This document shows positions 1 through 11,889 of a stretch of 32,000 nt of DNA, one piece after another (within the stretch, counting starts at the first letter, position 1; every line of letters begins with the position of its first letter). Source of the DNA: Mycobacterium tuberculosis H37Rv (GTDB taxonomy: Bacteria; Actinomycetota; Actinomycetes; Mycobacteriales; Mycobacteriaceae); contig NC_000962.3 of NCBI RefSeq assembly GCF_000195955.2, forward strand, positions 1,680,001-1,712,000. Direction: 5' to 3'. Below the pieces are notes generated by a model that worked only from the letters and a program-made list of their open reading frames with translations, was not told where the DNA came from and did no database searches. Both the position numbers and the translations under genes were made by a program.

Positions 1-2
1 GT

Positions 3-629
3 ACTGCGTTGGCCATCGGTCCGGGGACCGTCTCAGTATTGTTGCTCGCTGTGGTCGGGCGTCGCGATATCGCGGACCAGTTGTGTGCCCATATCCCGCA
101 TGGGATGGTCGAAAATCCGTGGGCGGTTGCAACGACACCGCAGCGAGTTCTCGATTACATATTCGGTCGTGTCGAGAGCCATGCAGATTACCACGATTGG
201 GTGTGCGAGCATGTGACCCCGTGGTTTAACCTCGACTGGATTACCTCTGCAAAGCTGGTGGCCGTGGTTGGCTTCCGCGCACTATTCGGTGCATTCCTCC
301 TCGGGTTGCTGTTCTTCGTTGCCACGACATCGATGATCCGCTATGTCTCCGCCGTGCCGGTCAGAACCTTCTTTGCCGAACTGCGCGGCAATCTGGCGTT
401 GCCGGTGCTGGCATCGGCATTGCTGGTTCCGCTGTTCATCACCGCTGTCGACTGGACTCGCTGGTGGGTGATGATCACACTCGACGTGGCCATTGTCTAC
501 ATCTTGTACGCGATCGACAGACCGGAGATCGAGCAACCGCCGTCGAGGAGAAACGTGCAGGTCTTCGTCTGCGTTGTGTTGGTGCTGGCGGTGATACCGA
601 CCGGGTCCGCCAACAACATCGGCAGATGA
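3..629 (+). CDS. C-terminal part of a multi-pass membrane protein (Rv1490-like), truncated at the window start
   Basis: Open frame from the window edge to TGA at 627-629 with several hydrophobic segments (SVLLLAVVG, ALFGAFLLGLLFFVATTS, LALPVLASALLVPLFITAV, VQVFVCVVLVLAVIP). Confidence 0.75.
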   Translation, partial: TALAIGPGTVSVLLLAVVGRRDIADQLCAHIPHGMVENPWAVATTPQRVLDYIFGRVESHADYHDWVCEHVTPWFNLDWITSAKLVAVVGFRALFGAFLLGLLFFVATTSMIRYVSAVPVRTFFAELRGNLALPVLASALLVPLFITAVDWTRWWVMITLDVAIVYILYAIDRPEIEQPPSRRNVQVFVCVVLVLAVIPTGSANNIGR

Positions 630-687
630 GGCACCCCGCGGGACCACCCGAAGGCGGGCATGGTGACGTAGGCCAACCGCCGCTGAC

Positions 688-900
688 ATGCTTGGGACGG
701 TGATGCTGTTGCAGGCCTATTAGGGGTTGTCGGATCGGGAGCCTTGTGACCGGTTGGCCCTTGATCTGCGTTGGGAGGCCGCGGCGGGGTTGACGGTGCA
801 CGCGCCGTCGTTGCATCCCACGGTGTTGGTCGGGATGCGTAACCGGCTGCGGGCTTCGGATCCGACGTGTTGGTGGATGCACCATTTTCAAATGCCGTCG
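688..900 (+). pseudogene. N-terminal relic of an IS transposase (IS1182/IS5-like N-terminal domain)
   Basis: Frame reads MLGTVMLLQAY*GLSDREPCDRLALDLRWEAAAGLTVHAPSLHPTVLVGMRNRLRASDPT, resembling the conserved transposase N-terminus (LLQ..TGLSDREA...DLRWK.A.GL.....FHPTVL..WR.RLRASD). It contains an in-frame TAG at 721-723 and has no catalytic domain. Confidence 0.6.
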
Positions 901-1207
901 CGGGTCGAAACTTGGGTGCCGTCGAAGAATAACCCCACCAAAGGCCCTACATCAGCGCCGTCCTACGTTCGTGTGTCGGACAATCCTTAGTGCCGATGCC
1001 GGATATTCGGGCACTAACGGAAAAGACGTCCTCCGCGTAGAGGCTCCGTTGTTCGAGGCCCAGTTACAGGGGCAAGGTCAGTGGCCGTGACCTCTGCTTC
1101 CCGACACGAGAATGCTGGCCGACCGAACGTAGCGCGGTGCGTTGACGGCATCGAGCTGCCACGCCAAATTTGCACGCGCTGATGCGCTGACCCCGACCGA
1201 AGGTTTA

Positions 1208-1966
1208 TCAAATGAGAGCCGGCTCGCGCACAGGGTCGTCGTAACCCGGCATGCGTCGGTGCTGCCGTCGATAATTGCGGATCTCATAGACGAGCCCAGT
1301 CAGACCTAGCGCGCCCGTGCATACCGACACCAGGATCAGCAGCGGGCTACCGCTACCGGCGAACGCGTCGCCCAGGATGACCACCGCCGCGGTGCCGGGG
1401 AGCAAGCCTGCCAAGGTCGCCCAGGCGAAGGACAGGATCCGCACGCCCGAGGCGCCGGCGGCATAGTTGATCGCCGCGAACGGGACGACGGGAATGAGCC
1501 GCAGCGACAAGATGGCCAGCCAGCCTCGCTCACGCAGACGCTCGTCCAGCCGGTTGATCGCTCGGCGGCGCACCAGACTGTTCAGCTGCCAGCCGGTGGC
1601 ACGCACCAGCAGCATCGCGATTACCGCGCTAGCGGTGCTGCCGACCACCGCGATGAATACGCCCACCACAGAGCCGAACAACAGCCCGGCGGCCAACGTG
1701 AACGCGGTGCGGGGGAATGGCGGCACCGTGACGACGGTATGCACCAGCAAAAATGCCAGCGGGAACCACGCGCCCAGTGACTTGGCCCAGTCGCGCAATT
1801 CCACCGCAGTGGGCACCGGAACCAGCAGCGCGACCACTACCAGTACTGTGATTCCCACCACTGTTCCCACGATGCGCGGCAGCGACGCCTGACGCGCGAC
1901 CGCGCCGAGCGAGGTGGCGATACCGTGCACGGTTTCGGTGGTGTTGCAGATGGCGGGAGCCGTCAC
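1208..1966 (-). CDS. TVP38/TMEM64 (SNARE-associated/DedA-like) family membrane protein
   Basis: 252 aa ORF, multi-TM, with the family core GWLAILSLRLIPVVPFAAINYAAGASGVRILSFAWATLAGLLPGTAAVVILGDA. Confidence 0.85.
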   Translation of the reverse strand: MTAPAICNTTETVHGIATSLGAVARQASLPRIVGTVVGITVLVVVALLVPVPTAVELRDWAKSLGAWFPLAFLLVHTVVTVPPFPRTAFTLAAGLLFGSVVGVFIAVVGSTASAVIAMLLVRATGWQLNSLVRRRAINRLDERLRERGWLAILSLRLIPVVPFAAINYAAGASGVRILSFAWATLAGLLPGTAAVVILGDAFAGSGSPLLILVSVCTGALGLTGLVYEIRNYRRQHRRMPGYDDPVREPALI

Positions 1967-2156
1967 GTCTTCGGAGCGTACGGGGTCAACATGAATAACT
2001 CGTTTCCCCAGGCTGGCGTTTCGTCACACTCCGGCCGCGATTGCCGCACCTGGGCGTCTATATGGGCGTCCCGATCAACTAGCCTTATTAGTTAAGTGAC
2101 AATCCCGAAGCAAGCCCAAGCAACATCGCTAATTGCTGGGAAAACAGGAGCAGTCG

Positions 2157-4004
2157 GTGTCCATTGATGTACCCGAGCGTGCCGACCTAGAACAGGTTCG
2201 CGGGCGCTGGCGCAACGCGGTTGCCGGTGTGCTGTCCAAGAGCAACCGTACCGACTCAGCACAACTCGGCGATCACCCCGAGCGGCTGCTGGATACCCAG
2301 ACCGCTGACGGGTTCGCCATCCGGGCCCTCTACACCGCGTTCGACGAGCTCCCGGAGCCGCCGTTGCCGGGCCAGTGGCCCTTTGTGCGCGGCGGAGACC
2401 CGCTGCGCGACGTGCATTCCGGCTGGAAGGTCGCCGAGGCGTTTCCCGCCAACGGTGCGACGGCCGACACCAACGCGGCGGTGCTGGCCGCGCTCGGCGA
2501 GGGGGTCAGCGCGCTGCTGATCCGGGTGGGGGAGTCGGGTGTGGCGCCTGACCGGCTCACGGCGCTGCTGTCCGGGGTGTATCTGAACCTGGCGCCGGTC
2601 ATCCTCGACGCCGGCGCCGACTACCGCCCGGCCTGCGACGTCATGCTGGCGCTGGTCGCCCAGCTCGATCCCGGCCAGCGCGACACCCTGTCGATCGACC
2701 TGGGCGCCGACCCGCTGACGGCGTCGCTGCGCGATCGTCCCGCCCCGCCGATCGAGGAGGTCGTCGCGGTCGCATCCCGGGCGGCCGGCGAACGTGGGCT
2801 TCGTGCGATCACCGTCGACGGACCGGCCTTCCACAACCTGGGCGCGACCGCGGCCACCGAACTCGCGGCCACCGTCGCGGCCGCGGTGGCCTACCTGCGG
2901 GTGCTCACCGAATCCGGGCTCGTGGTGAGTGACGCGCTGCGGCAGATCAGCTTCCGGCTCGCCGCCGACGACGACCAGTTCATGACGCTGGCCAAGATGC
3001 GGGCTCTACGTCAACTGTGGGCGCGGGTCGCCGAGGTCGTGGGCGACCCGGGTGGCGGCGCGGCCGTCGTGCACGCGGAGACGTCGCTACCGATGATGAC
3101 CCAGCGTGATCCGTGGGTGAACATGCTGCGCTGCACGCTGGCGGCCTTCGGCGCCGGTGTCGGTGGCGCGGACACCGTGCTGGTGCACCCGTTCGACGTG
3201 GCGATTCCCGGCGGCTTTCCCGGCACGGCGGCCGGCTTTGCGCGCCGGATCGCTCGCAACACCCAACTGCTGCTTTTAGAAGAGTCGCATGTCGGCAGGG
3301 TGCTCGATCCCGCCGGCGGGTCGTGGTTCGTCGAAGAGCTCACCGACCGGCTGGCTCGGCGCGCCTGGCAGCGTTTCCAGGCCATCGAGGCCCGTGGCGG
3401 CTTCGTCGAGGCCCACGACTTCCTGGCCGGCCAGATCGCCGAGTGCGCCGCCCGCCGCGCCGACGACATCGCCCATCGGCGCCTGGCGATCACCGGCGTC
3501 AACGAATACCCGAACCTGGGCGAACCCGCGCTGCCGCCCGGTGATCCGACATCGCCGGTGCGCCGCTACGCTGCCGGATTCGAAGCATTGCGCGATCGAT
3601 CCGATCACCACCTAGCCCGCACTGGCGCACGGCCGCGGGTGCTGTTGCTGCCGTTGGGTCCGCTGGCCGAGCACAACATCCGGACGACCTTCGCCACCAA
3701 CCTGCTGGCGTCCGGCGGCATCGAGGCGATCGACCCGGGAACGGTTGATGCGGGCACCGTCGGGAATGCCGTTGCCGATGCCGGTTCGCCCAGCGTTGCC
3801 GTGATCTGCGGCACCGATGCGCGCTACCGGGACGAGGTTGCCGACATTGTGCAAGCGGCCCGAGCCGCCGGTGTTTCGAGGGTGTACCTCGCGGGTCCCG
3901 AGAAGGCGTTGGGAGATGCCGCACACCGGCCCGACGAGTTTTTGACCGCGAAAATCAATGTGGTGCAAGCCTTGTCGAATCTGCTGACGCGGTTGGGGGC
4001 CTAG
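2157..4004 (+). CDS. mutA: Methylmalonyl-CoA mutase small subunit
   Basis: 615 aa from GTG 2157 (VSIDVPERADLEQVRGRWRNAVAGVL); motifs QRDPWVNMLRCTLAAFGAGVGGADTVLVHPFD and IARNTQLLLLEESHVGRVLDPAGGSWFVEELT. Abuts mutB. Confidence 0.95.
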   Translation: MSIDVPERADLEQVRGRWRNAVAGVLSKSNRTDSAQLGDHPERLLDTQTADGFAIRALYTAFDELPEPPLPGQWPFVRGGDPLRDVHSGWKVAEAFPANGATADTNAAVLAALGEGVSALLIRVGESGVAPDRLTALLSGVYLNLAPVILDAGADYRPACDVMLALVAQLDPGQRDTLSIDLGADPLTASLRDRPAPPIEEVVAVASRAAGERGLRAITVDGPAFHNLGATAATELAATVAAAVAYLRVLTESGLVVSDALRQISFRLAADDDQFMTLAKMRALRQLWARVAEVVGDPGGGAAVVHAETSLPMMTQRDPWVNMLRCTLAAFGAGVGGADTVLVHPFDVAIPGGFPGTAAGFARRIARNTQLLLLEESHVGRVLDPAGGSWFVEELTDRLARRAWQRFQAIEARGGFVEAHDFLAGQIAECAARRADDIAHRRLAITGVNEYPNLGEPALPPGDPTSPVRRYAAGFEALRDRSDHHLARTGARPRVLLLPLGPLAEHNIRTTFATNLLASGGIEAIDPGTVDAGTVGNAVADAGSPSVAVICGTDARYRDEVADIVQAARAAGVSRVYLAGPEKALGDAAHRPDEFLTAKINVVQALSNLLTRLGA

Positions 4005-6257
<2,253 letters not shown>

Positions 6258-6270
6258 CGAGAGGCCCGCG

Positions 6271-6573
6271 GTGCCGTTTCTGGTTGCATTATCCGGTATC
6301 ATCTCGGGCGTGCGTGATCATTCGATGACCGTGCGGCTCGACCAGCAAACTCGCCAGCGCCTGCAAGACATTGTGAAAGGCGGATACCGGAGCGCTAATG
6401 CGGCGATCGTCGACGCCATCAACAAGCGCTGGGAGGCGCTACACGATGAGCAACTCGACGCCGCCTACGCGGCCGCGATCCATGACAATCCGGCGTACCC
6501 GTACGAGTCTGAGGCCGAACGGAGCGCCGCGCGGGCCCGGCGCAACGCCAGGCAGCAGCGCTCGGCACAGTGA
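6271..6573 (+). CDS. mazE4: Antitoxin of a MazEF-type module, ribbon-helix-helix-like (Rv1494-like)
   Basis: 100 aa from GTG 6271; MTVRLDQQTRQRLQDIVKGGYRSANAAIVDAINKRWEALHDEQL is RHH-like. Overlaps the MazF ORF by 4 nt. Confidence 0.85.
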   Translation: MPFLVALSGIISGVRDHSMTVRLDQQTRQRLQDIVKGGYRSANAAIVDAINKRWEALHDEQLDAAYAAAIHDNPAYPYESEAERSAARARRNARQQRSAQ

Positions 6574-6887
6574 ACGCGCCGTTGCGTGGTCAGGTCTATC
6601 GATGCGACCTCGGATACGGGGCCAAACCGTGGCTCATCGTCTCCAACAACGCCCGCAACCGTCACACCGCCGACGTGGTGGCTGTGCGCCTGACAACAAC
6701 GCGGAGAACCATACCGACCTGGGTCGCCATGGGCCCCAGCGATCCATTGACCGGATACGTCAACGCGGACAACATCGAGACCCTCGGCAAAGACGAGCTC
6801 GGTGACTACCTCGGTGAGGTCACGCCGGCGACGATGAACAAAATCAACACGGCGCTCGCGACCGCGCTGGGGCTACCGTGGCCATGA
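6570..6887 (+). CDS. mazF4: MazF-family endoribonuclease toxin (Rv1495-like)
   Basis: 105 aa; RGQVYRCDLGYGAKPWLIVSNNARNRHTADVVAVRLTTTRRTIPTWVAM...GYVNADNIETLGKDELGDYLGEV, PemK/MazF fold signature. Confidence 0.9.
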   Translation: MNAPLRGQVYRCDLGYGAKPWLIVSNNARNRHTADVVAVRLTTTRRTIPTWVAMGPSDPLTGYVNADNIETLGKDELGDYLGEVTPATMNKINTALATALGLPWP

Positions 6888-7888
6888 TGGCCGCATCCCA
6901 CGACGACGACACCGTCGACGGGTTGGCGACGGCCGTGCGCGGCGGTGACCGTGCGGCGCTGCCACGGGCCATCACACTGGTCGAGTCGACCCGCCCCGAC
7001 CATCGTGAGCAGGCGCAACAGCTGCTGCTGCGATTGCTGCCGGACTCCGGGAACGCCCATCGCGTCGGCATCACCGGGGTCCCGGGGGTGGGCAAGTCGA
7101 CTGCCATCGAGGCGCTGGGCATGCATCTGATCGAGCGCGGGCATCGGGTGGCGGTGCTGGCGGTCGACCCGTCGTCGACCCGCACGGGTGGATCGATTCT
7201 TGGTGATAAAACCCGGATGGCGCGGCTGGCGGTGCACCCGAACGCCTACATCCGGCCGTCCCCGACGTCGGGAACGCTGGGTGGGGTGACGAGGGCCACC
7301 CGGGAAACGGTGGTGCTGTTGGAGGCGGCCGGTTTTGATGTGATCCTGATCGAAACCGTCGGGGTGGGCCAGTCCGAGGTCGCGGTGGCCAACATGGTCG
7401 ACACGTTCGTGTTGCTGACCTTGGCCCGCACCGGTGATCAGTTGCAGGGCATCAAGAAGGGCGTGCTGGAGCTCGCCGACATCGTGGTGGTGAACAAGGC
7501 CGACGGGGAGCACCACAAAGAGGCCCGGCTGGCCGCCCGGGAGCTGTCGGCGGCGATCAGATTGATCTATCCTCGCGAAGCACTGTGGCGCCCACCGGTG
7601 CTCACCATGAGCGCGGTGGAGGGCAGGGGACTGGCCGAGCTGTGGGACACCGTCGAGCGTCATCGCCAGGTGCTCACCGGGGCCGGCGAATTCGACGCCC
7701 GTCGGCGCGATCAGCAGGTCGACTGGACCTGGCAGCTGGTTCGCGACGCCGTCCTGGATCGGGTGTGGTCCAATCCGACGGTGCGCAAGGTCCGCTCCGA
7801 GCTCGAGCGTCGGGTCCGCGCCGGCGAACTGACCCCGGCCCTGGCGGCTCAGCAAATACTGGAGATAGCTAACCTAACGGATAGGTAA
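6884..7888 (+). CDS. MeaB/ArgK-family GTPase, methylmalonyl-CoA mutase chaperone
   Basis: 334 aa from ATG 6884, which overlaps the mazF stop (ATGA). Walker A GVPGVGKSTAIEALG; AVDPSSTRTGGSILGDKTRM; ETVGVGQSEVAVANMVD; VVNKADG. Confidence 0.93.
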   Translation: MMAASHDDDTVDGLATAVRGGDRAALPRAITLVESTRPDHREQAQQLLLRLLPDSGNAHRVGITGVPGVGKSTAIEALGMHLIERGHRVAVLAVDPSSTRTGGSILGDKTRMARLAVHPNAYIRPSPTSGTLGGVTRATRETVVLLEAAGFDVILIETVGVGQSEVAVANMVDTFVLLTLARTGDQLQGIKKGVLELADIVVVNKADGEHHKEARLAARELSAAIRLIYPREALWRPPVLTMSAVEGRGLAELWDTVERHRQVLTGAGEFDARRRDQQVDWTWQLVRDAVLDRVWSNPTVRKVRSELERRVRAGELTPALAAQQILEIANLTDR

Positions 7889-7940
7889 ATAAATCCGTGT
7901 TTGCCGATGGTCGCTGCGAAATCCACGTAAGTTCGACCGT

Positions 7941-9230
7941 GTGATGGTTGACACCGGAGTCGATCACCGCGCGGTTTCGTCCCACGACGGACCGGACGCG
8001 GGCCGGCGGGTGTTTGGTGCGGCGGACCCACGCTTTGCGTGCGTCGTTCGAGCCTTTGCCAGCATGTTTCCGGGGCGCCGGTTCGGTGGCGGAGCGCTGG
8101 CGGTGTATCTCGACGGGCAGCCGGTCGTCGACGTGTGGAAGGGGTGGGCTGATCGGGCCGGATGGGTGCCGTGGTCGGCGGATTCCGCGCCGATGGTGTT
8201 CTCGGCGACCAAGGGCATGACGGCCACGGTCATCCACCGGCTGGCCGACCGGGGGCTGATCGACTACGAAGCTCCCGTTGCCGAGTATTGGCCGGCGTTT
8301 GGCGCCAACGGCAAGGCAACCCTGACGGTTCGTGACGTGATGCGACACCAGGCCGGCCTGTCCGGATTGCGTGGCGCGACGCAGCAAGACTTGCTGGATC
8401 ACGTCGTGATGGAAGAGCGGCTGGCGGCGGCGGTGCCCGGGCGGCTGCTGGGCAAATCCGCCTACCACGCGCTGACGTTCGGTTGGTTGATGTCGGGCCT
8501 GGCCAGGGCCGTCACCGGAAAGGACATGCGCCTGCTGTTCCGCGAGGAACTTGCCGAGCCGTTGGACACCGACGGCTTGCACCTGGGTCGGCCGCCGGCC
8601 GACGCGCCGACGCGGGTCGCCGAGATCATCATGCCGCAAGATATTGCCGCCAATGCGGTGCTGACCTGTGCGATGCGCCGGCTCGCCCATCGGTTCTCCG
8701 GCGGATTTCGCTCCATGTATTTTCCCGGCGCCATCGCGGCCGTGCAGGGCGAGGCGCCGTTGCTGGACGCCGAGATACCCGCGGCCAACGGGGTGGCGAC
8801 GGCGCGAGCGCTGGCGCGGATGTACGGCGCAATCGCCAACGGCGGCGAGATCGACGGCATACGGTTCTTGTCGCGGGAGCTGGTCACGGGCCTGACCCGC
8901 AACCGACGGCAAGTTCTGCCGGATCGAAATCTATTGGTGCCCTTAAATTTTCATCTTGGCTATCACGGTATGCCGATCGGCAACGTGATGCCGGGGTTTG
9001 GTCATGTGGGCTTGGGCGGCTCGATCGGCTGGACAGACCCGGAGACCGGGGTGGCGTTCGCGCTGGTGCACAACCGGCTGCTGTCACCGTTGGTGATGAC
9101 CGATCACGCAGGCTTTGTCGGCATCTACCACCTGATCCGGCAGGCCGCCGCCCAGGCGCGCAAGCGTGGTTACCAGCCGGTGACGCCATTCGGGGCGCCG
9201 TACTCGGAGCCGGGAGCCGCGGCGGGCTAA
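7941..9230 (+). CDS. lipL: Serine beta-lactamase-fold esterase/lipase
   Basis: 429 aa; SxxK motif in PMVFSATKGMTATVIHRLADRGLIDYEAPVAEYWPAFGANGK; C-terminal GFGHVGLGGSIGWTDPETGVAFALVHNRL. Confidence 0.88.
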   Translation: MMVDTGVDHRAVSSHDGPDAGRRVFGAADPRFACVVRAFASMFPGRRFGGGALAVYLDGQPVVDVWKGWADRAGWVPWSADSAPMVFSATKGMTATVIHRLADRGLIDYEAPVAEYWPAFGANGKATLTVRDVMRHQAGLSGLRGATQQDLLDHVVMEERLAAAVPGRLLGKSAYHALTFGWLMSGLARAVTGKDMRLLFREELAEPLDTDGLHLGRPPADAPTRVAEIIMPQDIAANAVLTCAMRRLAHRFSGGFRSMYFPGAIAAVQGEAPLLDAEIPAANGVATARALARMYGAIANGGEIDGIRFLSRELVTGLTRNRRQVLPDRNLLVPLNFHLGYHGMPIGNVMPGFGHVGLGGSIGWTDPETGVAFALVHNRLLSPLVMTDHAGFVGIYHLIRQAAAQARKRGYQPVTPFGAPYSEPGAAAG

Positions 9231-9302
9231 TCTGCCCGCCTAATCGGCCTGCCGGCAGCGGCGCTCGGCGCCACGGTGTCGCGATGCTTCCCGGATGCCG
9301 AC

Positions 9303-10100
9303 CTAGCTCGCGGTTTTGGTCGCGATGACGATGTCCTGGAAGCTTAGGCGTGGTTCCCGGCCACTCCATGAGCCGTAGTGCAATGGTTCGTGCACGGCGA
9401 GGCCGAACTTGCCATAGACATCCCTGACGAAGGTCTCCGGCAAGCCGATTGCTTCTTCGGGCCGCTTCTTGTGGATTGTCCGATAACCCGGTCCCTCATG
9501 CTGGAAGTTGTGCGCACTCTTTCCTTCCGCGATGTGGGCTAACGACTCGTCATTGAGCAAGAAGTACGTGCACAGGCATCGTCCGCCGGGCTTCAGCACG
9601 CGGGAGATCTCGTCCAGATAGTGCTCCACGTCCGGCGGAAACATGTGGGTGAACACCGAGGTAAGAAACACCACATCGAACGACGCATCCGGATATGGAA
9701 AGCGAAAGTCTAGTGACTGGTATTTCCCTTTCGGGTTGTACAGCGAGTTGTAGATGTCGGAGACCTCGAACTGGAAGTTGGGGTGCGCCGAGGTGATGTG
9801 CTCCTGGCACCACGCGATGGCTTTCTGCGAGATATCGAAGCCGGCGTAGCGTCCCTCGCTGTTCAGATAGCCGGTGAGCGGCAACGCCATCCGCCCCGAG
9901 CCGCAGCCGACGTCGAGCACCGCTTCGTCCGGCTGCAGCCCACACAGGTCGACCAGATACCCGACGAATTCAGCACCGACTTCCTTGTAGGCGCCGCCGA
10001 CGAATTGTCGCAGGGATTTTGGAGGCAGCGCCTCGGCGGAGCCACCGTCGGCTGAACCGCGTTTCGAGCGCGTCAGGATGTTCTGGAAAAGTCGCTTAAT
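9303..10100 (-). CDS. SAM-dependent methyltransferase; first canonical start is GTG 9920, but an open coding-like extension reaches about 10100
   Basis: Motif [32 protein letters not shown]. The upstream in-frame extension [13 protein letters not shown]...[36 protein letters not shown] looks like a genuine MTase N-terminus. Confidence 0.75.
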
Positions 10101-10133
10101 GATGCACCTCAGTTATCGGCCGCGCTTGAAGGT

Positions 10134-10346
10134 TCAGGAATCCTCCAGGCGGAAGCCGACTTTCATAGTCACCTGGAAGTGCGCGACCGCTCCGTCGACC
10201 AGGTGGCCTCGAATTGACTGTACTTCGAACCAGTCCAGCGCGCGCATGGTCTGCGCAGCTCGGGCCAGACCGCCCTGGATTGCCGCGTCGACGCCGTCGG
10301 GCGAGGTCCCGACGATCTCGATCACTCGGTAGGTGTGATTGCTCAT
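10134..10346 (-). CDS. Dodecin flavoprotein (Rv1498A-like)
   Basis: 70 aa MSNHTYRVIEIVGTSPDGVDAAIQGGLARAAQTMRALDWFEVQSIRGHLVDGAVAHFQVTMKVGFRLEDS, characteristic dodecin length and sequence. Confidence 0.95.
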   Translation of the reverse strand: MSNHTYRVIEIVGTSPDGVDAAIQGGLARAAQTMRALDWFEVQSIRGHLVDGAVAHFQVTMKVGFRLEDS

Positions 10347-10406
10347 CGTGTCCCCTCACATTCTTTTACCCGCTCTTACCGGCCAGCGGCACACCAGAAT
10401 AGTCCG

Positions 10407-10805
10407 GTGCCATCGGGGGAGCCCTCTACGGCCGGTCACTTTGAGCACTTGCCGCGCGGCAGCTTCGGCCGGATTCTCTCCGTCCTCAATGCCGCTGCCG
10501 ACCATCATCCACGTGAGTTGCTCGTCGTCGGGATTGCGACCTTCGACCAGAAGCGCCCGGCGGTGGGGGTCGATGAGCACGACCCGGGTGGTGCGGCGAC
10601 GCCGGCGGTGGTCATCAACTACGAGAGCCGGTCGTCGGCTGGCGGCACCATCGGCCATTCAACAACGTCACAGGTAGCGTGCTGTTTGTATCAGCAGCCG
10701 AAACGCCCAGCGCTCCGGCCGACCAAGGCGGCAGCGACGACCGCAGCGACAACCTGGATCGAACGAGTCCAAAACCGCCGCGGACGCCACTCGGCCCTCG
10801 TATGA
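10407..10805 (+). CDS. Annotated-type hypothetical ORF (Rv1499-like, 132 aa); doubtful coding status
   Basis: Open frame from GTG 10407. Composition is unconvincing and a Nudix-like frame lies antisense. Confidence 0.25.
10431..10598 (-). pseudogene. Degenerate N-terminal fragment of a Nudix hydrolase
   Basis: Antisense frame [56 protein letters not shown], a recognisable Nudix box with degenerated catalytic positions (REUxEE reads RQVLKV). Confidence 0.65.
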
Positions 10806-10849
10806 TCCCGAGGAGATACCCTACGGGGTGGATTGGGGATGGATCGGCG

Positions 10850-11878
10850 ATGCGCCTCTCGATCGTAACGACTATGTACATGTCAGAGCCTTACGTGCTG
10901 GAGTTCTACAGGAGAGCGCGCGCGGCGGCGGACAAAATCACGCCTGACGTCGAGATCATCTTCGTGGATGACGGCTCGCCGGACGCAGCGCTCCAGCAGG
11001 CCGTCTCGCTGCTCGACAGCGACCCCTGTGTTCGGGTAATTCAGCTTTCGCGAAATTTCGGCCACCACAAAGCGATGATGACCGGCCTGGCGCACGCCAC
11101 GGGGGATCTCGTCTTTCTGATCGACTCAGACTTGGAAGAGGACCCGGCTCTCCTAGAGCCGTTCTATGAAAAGCTGATCTCGACGGGCGCCGACGTAGTA
11201 TTTGGTTGCCACGCGCGGCGGCCCGGCGGTTGGTTGAGGAATTTCGGACCGAAAATCCATTATCGGGCGTCCGCCCTGCTGTGTGACCCCCCGCTTCATG
11301 AAAATACTCTCACCGTGCGGCTGATGACAGCCGACTATGTACGCAGCTTGGTCCAGCACCAGGAGCGTGAACTTTCGATTGCCGGTCTGTGGCAGATTAC
11401 TGGTTTTTACCAGGTGCCCATGTCCGTAAACAAGGCATGGAAAGGAACGACCACATACACGTTTAGGCGTAAAGTAGCGACACTGGTCGACAATGTCACT
11501 TCATTTAGCAACAAACCTCTAGTCTTCATTTTCTATCTTGGTGCGGCCATTTTTATTATTTCAAGCTCGGCCGCGGGCTATCTGATCATCGATCGAATTT
11601 TCTTTCGCGCTCTGCAAGCGGGGTGGGCATCCGTGATCGTATCCATCTGGATGCTGGGGGGTGTGACGATTTTCTGCATAGGGCTGGTCGGAATTTATGT
11701 ATCCAAAGTCTTCATCGAAACTAAGCAGCGGCCATACACAATTATCCGAAGAATCTACGGTTCGGATTTAACAACCCGGGAGCCATCCTCTCTGAAGACC
11801 GCCTTCCCGGCCGCGCACCTGTCGAACGGGAAACGCGTCACATCAGAGCCAGAGGGATTGGCAACTGGCAACAGGTGA
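10850..11878 (+). CDS. GT2 polyprenyl-phosphate glycosyltransferase with two C-terminal TM segments (GtrB/DPM1-like, Rv1500-like)
   Basis: 342 aa [50 protein letters not shown]...[14 protein letters not shown]...; C-terminal TM segments [23 protein letters not shown] and [25 protein letters not shown]. Confidence 0.9.
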
Positions 11879-11889
11879 ATAAGCGTAGC

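Noticed and set aside
1967-2156. Possible cobalamin riboswitch upstream of B12-dependent mutAB
   Set aside because: No recognisable B12-box motif (GCCACTG-like) found by eye; nothing beyond an ordinary AT-richer intergenic region.
7869-8912. 347 aa minus-strand ORF opposite the esterase
   Set aside because: The plus strand has unmistakable beta-lactamase/esterase motifs; the antisense product is Arg/Gly/His/Gln-rich without motifs.
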